Positions 13,058 through 26,569 of a DNA stretch of 64,000 bases are shown here, in pieces. The stretch lies in assembly GCA_038087875.1 (NCBI GenBank), contig CM075989.1:18292001-18356000 (forward strand), read 5' to 3'. Every line of letters begins with the position of its first letter. The stretch's first letter is position 1. Under the pieces are notes generated by a model, which saw nothing but the letters and a program-made list of their open reading frames with translations, did not search any database and had not been told where the DNA came from. The DNA comes from Malacoraja senta. Lineage: Eukaryota. The position numbers were made by a program, and so were the translations under genes.

Positions 13058-14460
13058 AGAAAGATTCTCTCACACACGGTTTCTCCCTAAGTTCACATTG
13101 TAGTTCACATTTGGGTGGGACAGTCCCTAGGTGTAGTGCAACAATGTGAATGTTGAGGGTGGGTGGAAGTGGGAGGACATTAATTAAACACAATTGAATG
13201 ATTCAAAGGTGTGTTTACCGAAGTACCAAGATTCATATTGAGTCATTAACTTTACACCATTCCTGCCATGCCTAACACTTTTCGTATTGAGACGTTTTCA
13301 CATAGACACTTCTCATAATGTCATATTTCCTTTTCACAATTTTCAAAAGTCATATTGGTGAGATAGAAACTTTGGACTTTTTCTTTGCGCTCTTTGACTT
13401 TGGCCTTTTTCCTCTGTAAACAGCGGCAACATATGGTGGCTGTGGAGTTGTGGGTTTTGAAAAAGAACTTCACTGAGCTGGGCAGACGTGACAGTGAAGA
13501 ACCAGCGAACCGTTGAACTTCACGCAATCCTGTCCATGACTCAGACTCTTCTCCTTCAAGGGCAATCATTGGACTTCATTTCAATGCATCTGCACCAGGA
13601 ACACAGCAAGATGACCAGTTGCAGGAAACATTTGGGGTAGCGTAAGATTGTTATAACGAGTACGAGATGAGGGTGAAAGGTAACTGGAGCAGATGTCCGT
13701 GCACAAGTATGCTGTTGTGCCTGAGTGTAAATGGAGCAAGATATTTCCAAAGACTTCATTTACAAAAGCATTGCTGAACAAAAATGGTAAACAATTGCTG
13801 GGAAAGGCTTGATGAATCTGCAATATTGGCAGGCGATGTTCATACCAAGGAGATTATGTCACAATACAAGCTCCAGATCCAAGGACGGCAGATTGACCAA
13901 GCCCCCCCCCCCCCCCCGCAGCTACATTGGGCAACACGGTGACCCAGTGGTAGCGTTGCTGCCTTACAGCGCCAGAGACCCGGGTTCGATCTAGACAACG
14001 GATGGAGTTTGAATGTTCTCCCTGACCCTGGGACCGTGTGGGCTTTCACCGGGTGCTCTGGTCTGTAGGTTAATTGGATTTGGTAAAATTGTAAATTCTT
14101 CCTAGTATGAAGGTGTAGGATCGGGTGCTGTCTGTATGGTGTTTGTACGTTCTCTGGGTGCTCCGTTTCCTACACTTCAAAGATGAACAGGTTTTGTAGG
14201 CTAATTGGCTTGGCATAAGATGTGTCACAAAGTAGACTAAAGCCTTCGGTTCCATCTCTTTGCAACAATGATAATTTAGCCGGCAGTCAATATCATCTGA
14301 AACTTTTTTAATGTCACCATGCCTCCACCTAGTCAAGAGGGTTTAATCGCCATATATACCTGCAAGAGTACAATGACATTCTTACTTTTTGTAGCTTAAT
14401 AGGCTTGTAAATAATCCAACAACACTCAGATATATATATACTAATCAATAACTGTAACCG

Positions 14461-14751
14461 AGCAATACCGGGTCTGAAGAAGGGTCTCGACCCGAAACGT
14501 CACCCATTCCTTCTCTCCAGAGATGCTGCCTGTCCCGCTGAGTTGCTCCAGCATTTTGCGTCTGCCTTCGATTTAAACCAGCATCAACAGTTCTTTCCTA
14601 CACACTAAGTAATACCGAGTTTGAAGAAGGGTCTCGACCCAAAACATCACCTATTCCTTTTCTTCAGAGATGCTGCCTGACCCGCTGAGTTACTCCAGCT
14701 TTTTGTGTCTATCTTCGGTTTAAACCAGCATCTGCAGTTCCTTCCTACACA
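14461..14751 (+). mobile_element. Head-to-tail dimer (147-bp period) of the Penelope-derived hammerhead element
   Basis: Two units each start aataccg.gt(c/t)tgaagaagggtctcgaccc and end ttcctacaca. The second core is mutated. Confidence 0.8.
14470..14505 (+). ncRNA. Minimal type-I hammerhead ribozyme motif (Penelope-type)
   Basis: GGGU-CUGAAGA-A-GGGUC(UC)GACCC-GAAAC-GUC-ACCC. It has the full catalytic core, a 5-bp stem II, palindromic ACGU helix III, a GUC cleavage triplet and helix I GGGU/ACCC. Activity is untested. Confidence 0.75.
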
Positions 14752-15652
14752 TAATAAGTGACCATAATAGTGCAAAAACCGAAGATACTGTTCAGAGAAG
14801 ATTATAGTTGCCGAGGTCAGTGTTGTGTAGTGTTCAAGAGCCTGATGGTTACTGGGAAGAAGCAGTTCTTGAACCTGGTGGTCATAGTTAATAGGCTATT
14901 TATTATAATCTCTCTGTCTAATGTTTATTAATAGATTTTTACGCTTATTAATCAGCGTGTACAATGGCATGGCTTTCCTGTTTGATTGCTATGAGTGACA
15001 TGGAGTACACAGTGAAAAGGCCATTTTACCTTGAGGTTAGAGAAAAAATCACTAGTCATCTTGTGAGGGATTTCCCAATTATTTTTAATTTGGAGCAAAG
15101 TACTAGAAGCCACCCAAAGAAACACAGATGCAAGAAAATAAAGAATAAACCACGATTCACATGTGGGCTTGTATTTGAGTGCCAGATGTACAGAGATGTT
15201 AGGACAGCCATTTAGCAGGGAACAGATCCTCTCAGTCACACTACAACAGAATACAGTGTTCAATTCAATTTGACCTGCGTAAAGGTTCACTGATTGACAG
15301 TTGTAATTCACAGAGCTGGTGATGAAGACAGGAAAAACCGACAGAGGACTGGAAGCAAAGTGGTTACATTTGCGCTGCATGAAAACCAGGATTAGCTTAG
15401 TTTAGCTTAGAGATTCAGCGCGGAAACATGCCCTCCAGCCCACTGAGTCCACGCCAACCAGCGATCCCCGCACATTAACACTATCGTGCCCACACTAGGG
15501 ACAAATTTGAATCTTTACTGAGCTAATTAGCCTGCAAACCTGTACAGCTTTGGAATTTGGGAGGAAACCGACGCAGGACACGGGGAGAAGGTACAAACTC
15601 CGTACAGACAGCACCCCTAGTCAGGATCGAACCCAGGTCTCTGGTGCTGTAA

Positions 15653-16014
15653 TGGCCCTGTCCCACGATGCGAGTTCGTTCAAGAGCTCTCCTGAGTTTA
15701 AAAAAAAATCAGACTCGTGGTAAGCACGGAGAATTAACGTAGCGGGTACGTCGGAGCTCGGGGACGTCTCTTAGCGCTAACGGCAGGTACTCGGGAAGAC
15801 TCGCTAACAGCAGGGAAGCTCGGGAAGACTCGTGAAGATTTCTCAACATGTTGAAAAATGTCCACGAGAGCCCCGAGTACCGACGAGCGGCCATTACCGT
15901 AAATCTCCGAGTTCGAATCAGGGCAAACTCGGGAGAACTCTTTGAATGAACTCGTACAGTGGGATCTGAGAGCGATTGACCACCAGGAAATACGTGCCCC
16001 AAAGGACAGGGCTT
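15653..16014. mobile_element. PIF/Harbinger MITE (family A, inverted relative to 6930) nested in a minus-strand HE1 SINE (about 15395-16050)
   Basis: TAA/TAA TSD (15650-15652, 16015-16017). The internal sequence is the reverse complement of 6930-7218. A 39-bp insert with GGA duplication interrupts the right TIR. Confidence 0.85.
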
Positions 16015-17565
16015 TAAGGCAGCAACTCTACCGCTGCGCCACCGTGCCGACTTTCTCAACTCAGGGGTTGTAACCGAGAAGAAACAAGTCGCATTTGTAG
16101 AATCTTTGACATATTAATGACATCTCAAAGACAAATCTCAATCCATGTTACAGTGTGCAGGGCAGACTAATGCTTCAGCTAATGGAAGCCAGTCATAAAT
16201 CTTGATTACGTCGCCTATTCTTTTCAAACAGGAAACACCAGTTGAGAATGTTTAGTTGTTAACAATCCGACAGGTCACCTATAAACTTCAGCTTAGCAAA
16301 AAGAGTTATGATCACACTTACACGTTCTGCTTAGCTTATTAAGTTACTCTGTACTATTTGCCAGATAATGTAGTTCTATTGCACTAGCAATGGAACTACA
16401 GCTATAGTATTGTACAGCTGAAGAAGTCAATTAATCCCCACAATTCTTCATCCAGAAATAAATATCGACTTCCATTTACTCTATACGTGGCCCCATAGCA
16501 GAAGCTGGAAACTGGAAGTATCCTGAGCTAATTCTGCTACCACCATCATCTACTGCCCAAGTGATGGCTCCCACTGATTGTCGCCGGAAGCTTGCGTCCT
16601 TTTCAGGACGGACGATGACAGCGAGGTCAACATTTGTAACAAGATGGACACGAAAAGAAGAAGACTATATACGTGGCGAACAATGAAATGAATCATCTTT
16701 CCACTGGCAACCTGGCATGTTGATCCAAACTCAAATCCCAACATTACTATTGAATGGACTGATCACCTTTCCTCACAGTTGCCCAACTACAATGCAATCA
16801 CTGCAAAAGTAACTTGTATGGTATCATGGTACCCTTCAGAAATAGCCCAGCCCAAAATGTCATAGTGTCTTAGAGTCATCCAACACGGAAACAGGCTCTT
16901 CAGCCCAACTCGTCCATGCCGACCAAGATGCCCCATCTAAGCTGGACCAATTTGCCCGCATTTGGTCCATATCCCTCTAAACTTTTCCTATCCATGTACC
17001 TGTCTAAGAGTCTTTTAAATGTTGTTATTGTACCTGCCTCAACTACCTCCTCTGGTAGCTCGTTCCATATATCCACCAGCCTCGGAGTGGAAAGGTTGCC
17101 CCCCAGGTTCCTGTTAAATCTTTTCCCTCTCTCCTTAGACCTATCATCTGTCCATTCTCTCAACAGATACCTGACCCCTTGAGATCCTCCAGCACTTTGT
17201 TATTTGCTCCAGATTCCAGCATCTGCAGTTCTTGTGTCGCTATAAGTCTTGCAAGATCTTCTAATCGTTGCTAAGTCCCTGAATGTATTGACCTAATCGA
17301 CTTAATCTGTCTTTGTAAAACAATCCCTTCAACCAAAGAATCAGTCAAGTGAATATTCCCCTCACTGCTACAGAAGCACGTATATCCTCTGTTAAATGGC
17401 AAGCTGGCAACTTGCCATGTACCTGGCATCATTTCAATCGTTGATGAGCCATATCGTGTTCAGATCCTGCATGAATCATCACTCTAGTGGGAGAAGAGAG
17501 GAACTGGCACTTTGTTGGAATCCTCAAGGGCGGCACGGTGGCGCAGGGGTAGAGTTGCTGCCTTA

Positions 17566-17855
17566 AGGATAATGGGGAAATCCTTTAAGACCGAGATGAA
17601 GAAAAACATTTTCACACAGAGAGTGGTGAATCTCTGGAACTCTCTGCCACAGAGGGTAGTTGAGGCCAGTTCATTGGCTATATTTAAGAGGGAGTTAGAT
17701 GTGGCCCTTGTGGCTAAAGGGGATCAGGGGGTATGGAGAGAAGGCAGGTACGGGATACTGAGTTGGATGATCAGCCATGATCATATTGAATGGCGGTGCA
17801 GGCTCGAAGGGCCGAATGGCCTACTCCTGCACCTATTTTCTATGTATCTATGTAT
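17566..17855 (+). mobile_element. 5'-truncated CR1 LINE inserted in the head of an HE1 SINE (about 17528-18130)
   Basis: Encodes FTQRVVNLWNSLPQRVVEA.SL.IFKRELD (CR1 ORF2 C-terminus), followed by a CR1 3'UTR and tatgtatc tail. CTTA is duplicated at 17562-17565 and 17856-17859. Confidence 0.9.
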
Positions 17856-19696
17856 CTTACAGCACCAGAGACCCGGGTTCGATCTTGACTGCGGGTGTTG
17901 TCTGCACGGAGTTTGAACGTTCTCCCTGATCCTGGGACCGTGTGGGCTTTCACCGGGTGCTCTGGTTTCCTCACACACGCCACAGACGTACAGGTTTGTA
18001 GGTTAATTGGATTTGGTAAAATTGTAAATTCTTCCGAGTGTGAAGGTGTAGGATGGTGTACGGGATGATCGCTGGTCGGCGCGGACTTGGTGGGCCGACG
18101 GGGCCTGTTTCCACGCTGTATCTCTATAAAGTCAAATCACAAACCAATGCATGAGTCTCCTTGGTGTACTGTTAACTAACCACGAGGCCGTCAGTTTGAG
18201 TCTTTTGCCTCTGAATTGTGAAAGCAGCTCATATGGTGACTTATGGGCCGCATCTAACATTATAGTCCACACGCAGGAACACATCTATTGGAGGAACCCC
18301 GTGAGTGTGGCAACATCTGTGGGAGGAAATAGACAGACGACATTTTGGGTTGAGACCTAAAGGGTCTGGACTGAAAACATTATATGTGCAGGTGGTTTCC
18401 AAAACTAAAATGCTTTGCTCTGATATACTTTCTCCATCAATGACAACAGTGAGCCCGCAAACTCAACAGCCACAAACCTCAGGCACGTCAATCCAAAAAA
18501 ACGGATTCATGGCTCGATCTGTCCATGGTGGAGAATGCAATGGACCTCCTGGTTATTAATACCCAGTGCCCAGTAGACGTTAAGCTTTACTTTAGGCTTT
18601 GGAGATACAGTGCAGGAATAGGTCCCCCTGCCCACCGAGTCCGTGCCGACCAGCGACCACCCCGTACACTAGCACCATCCTACACACTAGGGACAATTTA
18701 CAATTTCCAGAAACCAATTAACCTCCAAACCTGGACTTCTTTGTAGTGTGGGAGGAAAATGGAGAATCCAGAGAGAAAAAAGACGCGGTCACGGGGAGAA
18801 CGTACAAACTGGGTACAGACAGCACCCGCAGTCAGGATCGAACCTGGGTCTCTGGCGCTGGGAGGCAGCGACTCCACCACTGAGCTGCCCGAAACATTTA
18901 TGGAGGTACTGGACAGACAACATTTCAGATCCGGACCATTCTTCAGATTGGTCCCGTCGTCTGTCCATTCCCTCCCACAGATGCTGCCTGGCCCATTGCG
19001 TTCCTCCAGCACTTTGTGTTTTGCTCAAGATTCCAGCATCTGCCGTCTCTTGTAACTCCATTTTAACTGGCTTATAGTTTGATGAAGGTCCTAACTACAG
19101 ATCAAGACTGCATTAAATATTTCTTCTACAAACATTGCTCATGATAGAACCATTTTCTGAAAGTCACAGTTTGAAATATGCAAAACTGTGAACCACTTCA
19201 ATAATAAATCAATTGTTTTGTTTTTGTTTTCTGTTTCAGCAGACTTTGCAGTTCCATAATTGTCACCGGGCCACATACAGGTATACCCGTAGCTCTCCAG
19301 TTCATTTTTGAGAGATCAGAACAAATTTATAATCTTTTGGATGGAATCTCCCCTTTGAAACGCATGGACTATAAATGGCAACATCAGCAGAAAATGCTGG
19401 TAACACTCAGCAGATGAAGGATCATCTGTGGAAACAGAGGCATTGATTGATCCTTGCTCCGCAGATGCTGCCCAACCTACTAAGTGTTTCCAACTTTCTC
19501 TGCCTATGTTTCAGACTTCCACAGGTTGTAATTGTTTGACTACTAACGAGCCAAACCTCTGAGGGCACCAATGGTCTGTTCACGACTCTGAGTGAACAAG
19601 GTTTTTGCAAGAGATTGTACGGCCATAGTTAATTGACGCAGCTGTGCAGTATCACGAGTTGTGTGAAAGTACGGACTCAGTTACTTTCCTTGCCCA

Positions 19697-20305
19697 TCAG
19701 GTACAGAAGTGTGAAAACGAACACCTCCAGATTCAGGGACACTTTCTTCCGAGCTGTTATCAGGCAACTGAACCATCCTCTCACCAACTAGAGAGTGACC
19801 CTGAGCTACTATCTTCCTCATTGGAGACCCTCGGACTATCTTTAATTGGACTTTACTAGATTTTAGTTTAGTTTAGATAGATACAGCGCGGAAACAGGCC
19901 CTTCGGCCCACCGGCAATCCACGCACATTAACACTATCCTACACACACTAGGGACAATTTTTCATTTACACCAAGCCAACTAACCTACAAACCTGTACGT
20001 CTCTGGAGTGTGGGAGGAAACCAAGGATCTTGGAGAAAACCCTCGCAGGTCACGGGGAGAACGTGCAAACTCCATACAGACAGCACCCGTAGTCAGGATT
20101 GAATCTGGGTCTCTGGCGCTGTAAGGTAGTGGCTCTACTGCTATGGCACGTTGCTGCCCTTATCTTGCACTAAACATTATTCCCATTATCATGTATCTGT
20201 ACACCACGATGGCTGGACTGTAATCATCTATTGTCTTGCCGTTGACTGGTTCGCATTCAACAAAAGCTTTTCATTGTGCCTCGGTACATGTGACAATAAA
20301 CTAAA
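19697..20305 (+). mobile_element. Rex1/Babar LINE 3' fragment interrupted by a minus-strand HE1 SINE (about 19860-20160)
   Basis: RYRSVKTNTSRFRDTFFRAVIRQLN-like ORF end, and a 3'UTR ending cctcggtacatgtgacaataaactaaa. Confidence 0.75.
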
Positions 20306-22248
20306 TGATTTACCAGAAAGAGAAACAAGATAAACAACATGTTCATCCCACCGTGGGAATAATCCAGCCAGATGTACTGACTTCAACACAGATGAACTGC
20401 AAGTCCCAGATAAACAAAACCAAAACTTCAGGGATGCCTAATATTCATTCTAAATTAAGGAAAGCGAGGGATAAAAATAATAAGGCACTGGTAATTATTA
20501 TGAATGCTAGCTCTGTCTCCACAAACTTGAAGCAATGACTTGAAAAAAGGCACCAGAATAAACTCAAGGTCCAGCAAATAAATGAGATTTGAATGAATCC
20601 CAGATTAGATAATGGAATGATCGGCTCTTCATAATTTATCGTGTGACCAAAAAGCGAGGCCAACAAAAGTCGAGAAGTTTGAAAGTTAGTCTTTTGAGAT
20701 GCGGAGTGGAAACAGGCCCTTCGGCCCACCGAGTCCATGCCAACCAGCGATCACCCAGCATACTGGAACTATCCCACACACATTAGGGAGAATTGACAAT
20801 TTACCGAAGCCCATTAACTGACAAAGCCCGTACGTCTTTGGAGTGTGGGAGGAAACCGGAGCACCTGGAGAAAACCCACACGGTCACAGGGAGAACGTAC
20901 AAACTCCGAACAGACAGCACCAGTTGTCAGGATCAAACTTGGGTTTGTGACGCTGAGGCAGCAACTCTACCGCAGCCCCACGATTGTACCCATTTTATCC
21001 TCATTTTGTCCACATGGAACATAGAAAACATAGGCATAGAAAATAGGTGCAGGAGTAGGCCATTAGGCCCTTCGAGCCAGCACCGCTATTCAATGTGATC
21101 ATGGCTGATCATCCAAAATCCGGCTTTTTCCCCATATCCCTTGATTCTCTTAGCCCGAAGAGCTAAATCTAACTTCCTCTTGAAAATTGAATTCTAGTAA
21201 ATGGGAGGGGGGGGGGGGGGGGGGGGGAACCAAAATCTTTTCCGGAAGAATCTTTTAGTAAGGGACATTGGGAGTGCTTCCCTAGATGATGGGTGAGCCA
21301 GCTTGGGTTCCCATTCTGCATCTTCTCGGGTCTGCATGCTCTTGGTGTGGCCACTTACTGAGGCAAGTAACACAATGGGGCTACCCATCAAATAGCCGCC
21401 ATTCAATTCCCAGCTAGTAGCAATTGGGTGGTAACTGATGTCATAAATAGGCCATGATGCACGGTTGCACTCTTTCCTGCTAGGCTGTTTGAAGTCACAA
21501 AGACTCTTGATTAGCAAGGGTGTCAGGGGTTATGGGGAGAAGGCAGGAGAATGGGGTTGAGAGGGCAAGACAGATCAGCCATGATTGAATGGCGGAGTAG
21601 ACTTGATGGCCGAATGGCCTAATTCTGCTCCTATAACATGAACATATGAAGATGCTGTTCTTCATTGAAAGAAGTGATTTCCCCTGAAAGAGACGTTTCC
21701 TCTCGAGAGCTCCTCCACTACTTGTAATGTTGGGGCCTGGTTTGAGCCAATTACTGTACTCTGGAGAAGTTCAGTCCCCTCCTGTAATTAATTCCATCTC
21801 ACTTTGATTACTACATCAATGCTGCCACATTACCTCTGCTGCTAATTTCCGCATTAGCCTCATGTTCACACCATTCATACCTGATTTATTTTTCCATTTC
21901 TTGACATTTCTATTTTCATCACAGATGGGTAGCAAGTTGGCTTCCACAACTATTTCATCCATGACTCCTCCTTTTTTAGTTTAGTTCAGAGATACAGCAT
22001 GGACACAGGCCCTTCGGCCCACCGCGTCCACACCGACCAACGATCCCCACACATTAACACTATCCTACACACACGAGGGACAATTTACATTTATACCAAG
22101 CAAATTAACCTACAAACCTGTACGTCTTTGGAGAGTGGGAGGAAACCAAAGATCCCGGAGAAAACCCACGTGGTCACGGGGGAGAACGTACAAACTCCGT
22201 ACGGCAGCACCCGTAGTCAGGATCGAACCCGAGTCTCTAGTGTTGTCA

Positions 22249-22652
22249 AGGGCCTGTCCAACGAGCATGCGACTGCATGCGGCAAGCACGACCTAACATG
22301 GTCGCTTGAGCCGTACGGCCTCGCGGGGCCGGTCCAACTTCGATCGCCGGAGCCGAATGGAGCTGGGCGGAGCTGGTCCCGACATCGCGCGGTGCTCCGA
22401 AAAACTGACAGTGTTCAAAAATTCCGCGCGGCAACGGCCTGCCAGCCCGCAGCCGCCTCGACGCCGTACGCACCGCCTCGACGCCGTACGCACCCTCGAC
22501 GGGCGTGCGCAGCGTCTCAACGACGTACGTCACGCGCGAACTTCCCGCGGACTTTGCTCGAACTTCACGTCACTCATTCGACCTCCGTGCGGCCCCGCTT
22601 CCGGTTTGGTCGCGCTCGCCGCATGCAGTCGCATGCTCGTGGGACAGGCCCT
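22249..22652. mobile_element. PIF/Harbinger MITE (family C, CpG-rich) nested in a minus-strand HE1 SINE (about 21975-22690)
   Basis: About 45-bp TIRs AGGGCCTGTCC(A/C)ACGAGCATGCGACTGCATGCGGC. The TSD is TCA/TAA, at the TAA of the SINE's GCTGTAAGGCAGC. Confidence 0.85.
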
Positions 22653-25371
22653 TAAGGCAGCAACTCTACTGCTGCGCCACCGTGCCGCCCTTTCATCCAC
22701 ACCATCTTGTGATTTGCCAGATCTAATTGAAATGATCGCACCTTCTACGTTTGTACACTTTTTTACTGGCACACAGACCCTGAACCCTGCAAGGACTTAA
22801 TTCAATGTCCCCAGTTTCTCCATATCCATTGTATTGGTCTTAGTTTAGAGATCCAGCATGGAAACAGGCCCTTCGGCCCATTGAGTCCATGCCAACCATC
22901 GATCACCCGTACACACTAGTTCTATGTTATCCCATTATCTCATCCACTCCCTACACACTGGGGGGACAATGTACAGAAGCCAATTAACATACAAACCTGC
23001 AAAATAAGTTCAAGGAATAACTCTTCATCTTCCATCCGAGCAGGTCACGTGCTTTGGGATTTAACACTGTAATTAAGGATGAATTTAACAATTTCAGACA
23101 ACTATTTTTTATTTCCACTGTACCCTTCTGTTCCAACATTCGCAAACTGGCTTCAAAATGGCAACTTGAAAGAAATCGTTATCTTTGCAATTTTCAAAGA
23201 TATTCTGTGTCTTCTCTCTCTCTCTCTCTCTCCCTCTCTCTCTCTCCACTTTCCTTCTGCAACTTGAAAGAAACTGGTCTTTTCAACTTTCCAGTTCTGA
23301 CCCAAAATGTCAAGTCTGCTTCTCTGCCCACTGATGCTACTTGACCTGCTGGATACTGCTGCCATTTGCTGCTTTTGTTTCTGGTTACCCAGTATTGGAC
23401 TCGTATCGCTCAGAAGTTCTTTCAAGCTTTTGAACTGCCTCCACACTGCAACACAGTCTTCCCTTCAAACGCCCAAGTGAAGCTGTGTGAGATTCAGATG
23501 ATTCAGTGATTCTACATATAACAAACGGCTTGTGTTGTACAGGCAAAATTCTTCGCCAATCCTGCCACAGTCTCACCTTCCACAACAAGCACATCTGTGC
23601 CAGATCGAGTTGAAATTATCTCACCTAACCCCCTTTCTGTGCCCTCCTTTACTGGAACACGGGCTGTGCTGTTTCTCCAATGATCCAGTTTTACTTTACT
23701 TCAGGGATACAGAGCGGAAACAGGCCCTTCGGCCCACCGAGTCCGTGCCGACCAGCGATCATCCCGTACACAAGCACCATCCTACACAATTTACATGTTT
23801 TACTGAAGCCAATTAACCTACAAACCTGTACGTCTTTGTGTGGGGGTAAACCGGAGCACCTGGAGACAACCCACGAGGTCACAGGAAGTCAGCACCTGCA
23901 GTCAGGATTGAACCCGGGTCTCTGGCGCTGTAAGGCAGCAATTCTGCCGCCGTGCAGTGCCAGTTCTTGGACACTGCTCGAACAGATCAATTGTCTCTTC
24001 GAACTGCCTGCCGTGGAGAACTGAAAATATTCCTTCCATTGTAGACGCGCCAAAATCTCTCTCCAAATGCTAACACACAATGAGCAGTCCCTCTATCACT
24101 GTGGGCAATCTCGCCCACATCCAACAGCGTGGCCCTGCTGTGCTTTGCAGGTGTGGTTCACAGCTTCTGGTCGTCCTTCACAGAGATTTCATTAATGAGC
24201 ACCTTCTGCTGCCATCACCATTTCCCTGGCGGATACCCCAACAGTCAGCTGTACAAATCCAGAGCTTTCTAAGGACGTTCACTTCAGTCGCTCGGGGTTC
24301 TACATTGACGGTGCCAGCTCCCATCACACACACGCTACTGCCGATAACAAGTTGCTGTTCAGCACAGGCCCCGCTGTAGTTTAGAGATAGAGCTTGAAAA
24401 CGGGACCCTCCAACCCACCGAGTCCGCACCGACCAGCGATCATCTGCACACCACGCCCATCCTACACACCAGGGACAATTCACAGAAGGCAATTAACCTT
24501 CAATCCTGCGCCACTTTGGAATGTAGGAGGAAACTGGACCACCCGGAGGAAACCCACTGGGTCACAGGGAGAACGTGTAAACTCCGCACAGACAGCACCC
24601 TTAGTCAGGATCGAACCAGGGTCTTTGGCTGGCGCTGTAAGGCAGCAAGTCTACCGCTGCGCCACCGTGCCGCCCTGCTCTTTAATCACCTGATCTTTCC
24701 TCTATAACTTCGTGGCTATGACTCTATTTAACAAATCAGCCTTCAGCCCAGCTTCTGCCTCACCCCCTCACTGCATGATCTAGCACCGACTGTGCATCTC
24801 TCCCTTTAGCCCAAACTTCATATCCCTTGTCAGATCGACCACTGTCAGATTCCACTGATATGGTGGCGGTCATCCACAGACAGCTGTCGACCTCTGCCGC
24901 CATCTCTCCGGGTGATGCACTTAAGTTTAGCCTAGAGATACAGCATGGGGAAAGGCCCTTCGGCCCATCGAGTCCATGCCATCCATTGATCACCCACTGG
25001 AATCTTCTTCAACTGCTTCAATACCACTGTCGTGAGACTCACCAGCTTATAATTGCCCAGATTCTCTCTACTTTCCTTCTTAAATAAAGGACCAACATTA
25101 GCTACTCTCCTGCCCTCCGAGTCCTAGCCTGTGGCTAGGCAAGGCGAAAGGTCTTCAAGGCGGTCAAAATTAAAATACAGTTCCCCAAATTATATAGTGC
25201 TGCTTCAAGTAGTAACTTTACACCGATTTCCTTGCTGCACTGACCTCCACTATGATCTACTGTATATTTCCAATAAATTAAATGGTCATCATCTTAATCA
25301 CACCTGACCAAAAATAATAAGGATGCAAGATTATTTTTATGGTCTTCAGGGGACAACGTAGATATTTTATG

Positions 25372-25597
25372 TTTAATAAGGAACTGCGGATGCTGGAAAA
25401 TCGAAGGTAGACAAAAATGCTGGAGAAACTCAGCGGGCGAGGCAGCATCTATGGAGCGAAGGAAATAGGCAACGTTTTGGGTCGAAACCCTTCTTCAGAC
25501 TGATGTAGGGTTTCGACCCGAAACTTTGCCTATTTCCTTCGCTCCATAGATGCTGCCTCATCCGCTGAGTTTCTCCAGCATTTTTGTCTACCTTGGC
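25372..25597. mobile_element. Penelope-derived hairpin insertion (inverted pLTR pair)
   Basis: Inverted arms of about 90 bp, a hammerhead-like core on the minus strand, and TATTTTATGT duplicated on both flanks. Confidence 0.8.
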
Positions 25598-26446
25598 TAT
25601 TTTATGTACTCTGTACTTAATTTTAGCCAGTTTAATATTTCAACAGGACATCAATTTAGATATGCAATAGAGAAATTAATTCAAACTTCATTATGAACGA
25701 CCCTGTGTTAATGGGCTTTCAGCAGTTGACGTTGTGATTTTATGAACATCTTGTCAGTCTTAAACAGCACAGTTTGGTGGGCTAGTTCAATGATGATGAT
25801 GATATCTCTCCCCCGAGACCCCCTGTAGACAACTTACCTGAAACGGAAATGCAGGGGTATTATCCTAACTACATCTGAAATTGGATTAAAAAAATTGAGA
25901 AGGGGAATTCAATATTTTCTTTTGCTAAACGCAAGCTGAGCCACAGCAAGCAGCGCAGCGTGCCGGAGAGATAAAAGTCGTCCGCATCACAACACAGTTG
26001 GACGCTGCTTTGCGAATGCAATTTGCCAGGTGTCAAGCTTCCACCTTCAGCTGGCTGTTGAGAGAGGAGGCACTGCGTGTTACTCTCCTCCCCGCCAGCA
26101 CGGGGGGATTGGCAGGTTAGCAAGGCCTGCAGCAGTGAGATGTTGAAGCTGCAGAGCCGGTCGCCAGCCTGTTCCTTGGCCAGAGAACGTTACGAGGTCA
26201 GGTGGGCCACTAAGAGCAAGAATCGACATCCTTGACTGTAAGGATTGTTATATATAATGTGTAAGAAGGAACTGCAGATGCTGGTTCAAACCGAAGATAG
26301 ACACAAAAAGCTGGAGTAACTCAGCGGAGTAGACAAAGTGTTTAAGAAGGAACTGCAGATGCTGGAAAATCGAAGGTAGACACCCTGGAGAAGTGCTGGA
26401 GAAACTCAGCGGGTGCAGCAGCATCTATGGAGCGAAGGAAATAGGC

Positions 26447-26474
26447 AACGTTTCGGGCCGAAACCCTTCTTCAG
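26447..26474 (-). ncRNA. Minimal hammerhead ribozyme motif (UUCG-capped stem II variant)
   Basis: CUGAAGA-A-GGGU(UUCG)GCCC-GAAAC-GUU on the same strand as, and downstream of, the GIY-YIG ORF end. Confidence 0.7.
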
Positions 26475-26569
26475 ACTGATGTAGGGGGGGGCGGGGAGAA
26501 GAAAGGAGAAAGGAAGAGGAGGAGCCCGAGGGCTGAGGGAGAGCTGAGAAGGGGAGGAGACAGCAAGGG

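Noticed and set aside
13321..13569. 82-aa minus-strand ORF in unique sequence
   Set aside because: No recognisable homology or supporting gene structure.
21999..22800. ORFs of 218 aa and 164 aa
   Set aside because: They read through an HE1 SINE and a GC-rich MITE, with no protein motifs.
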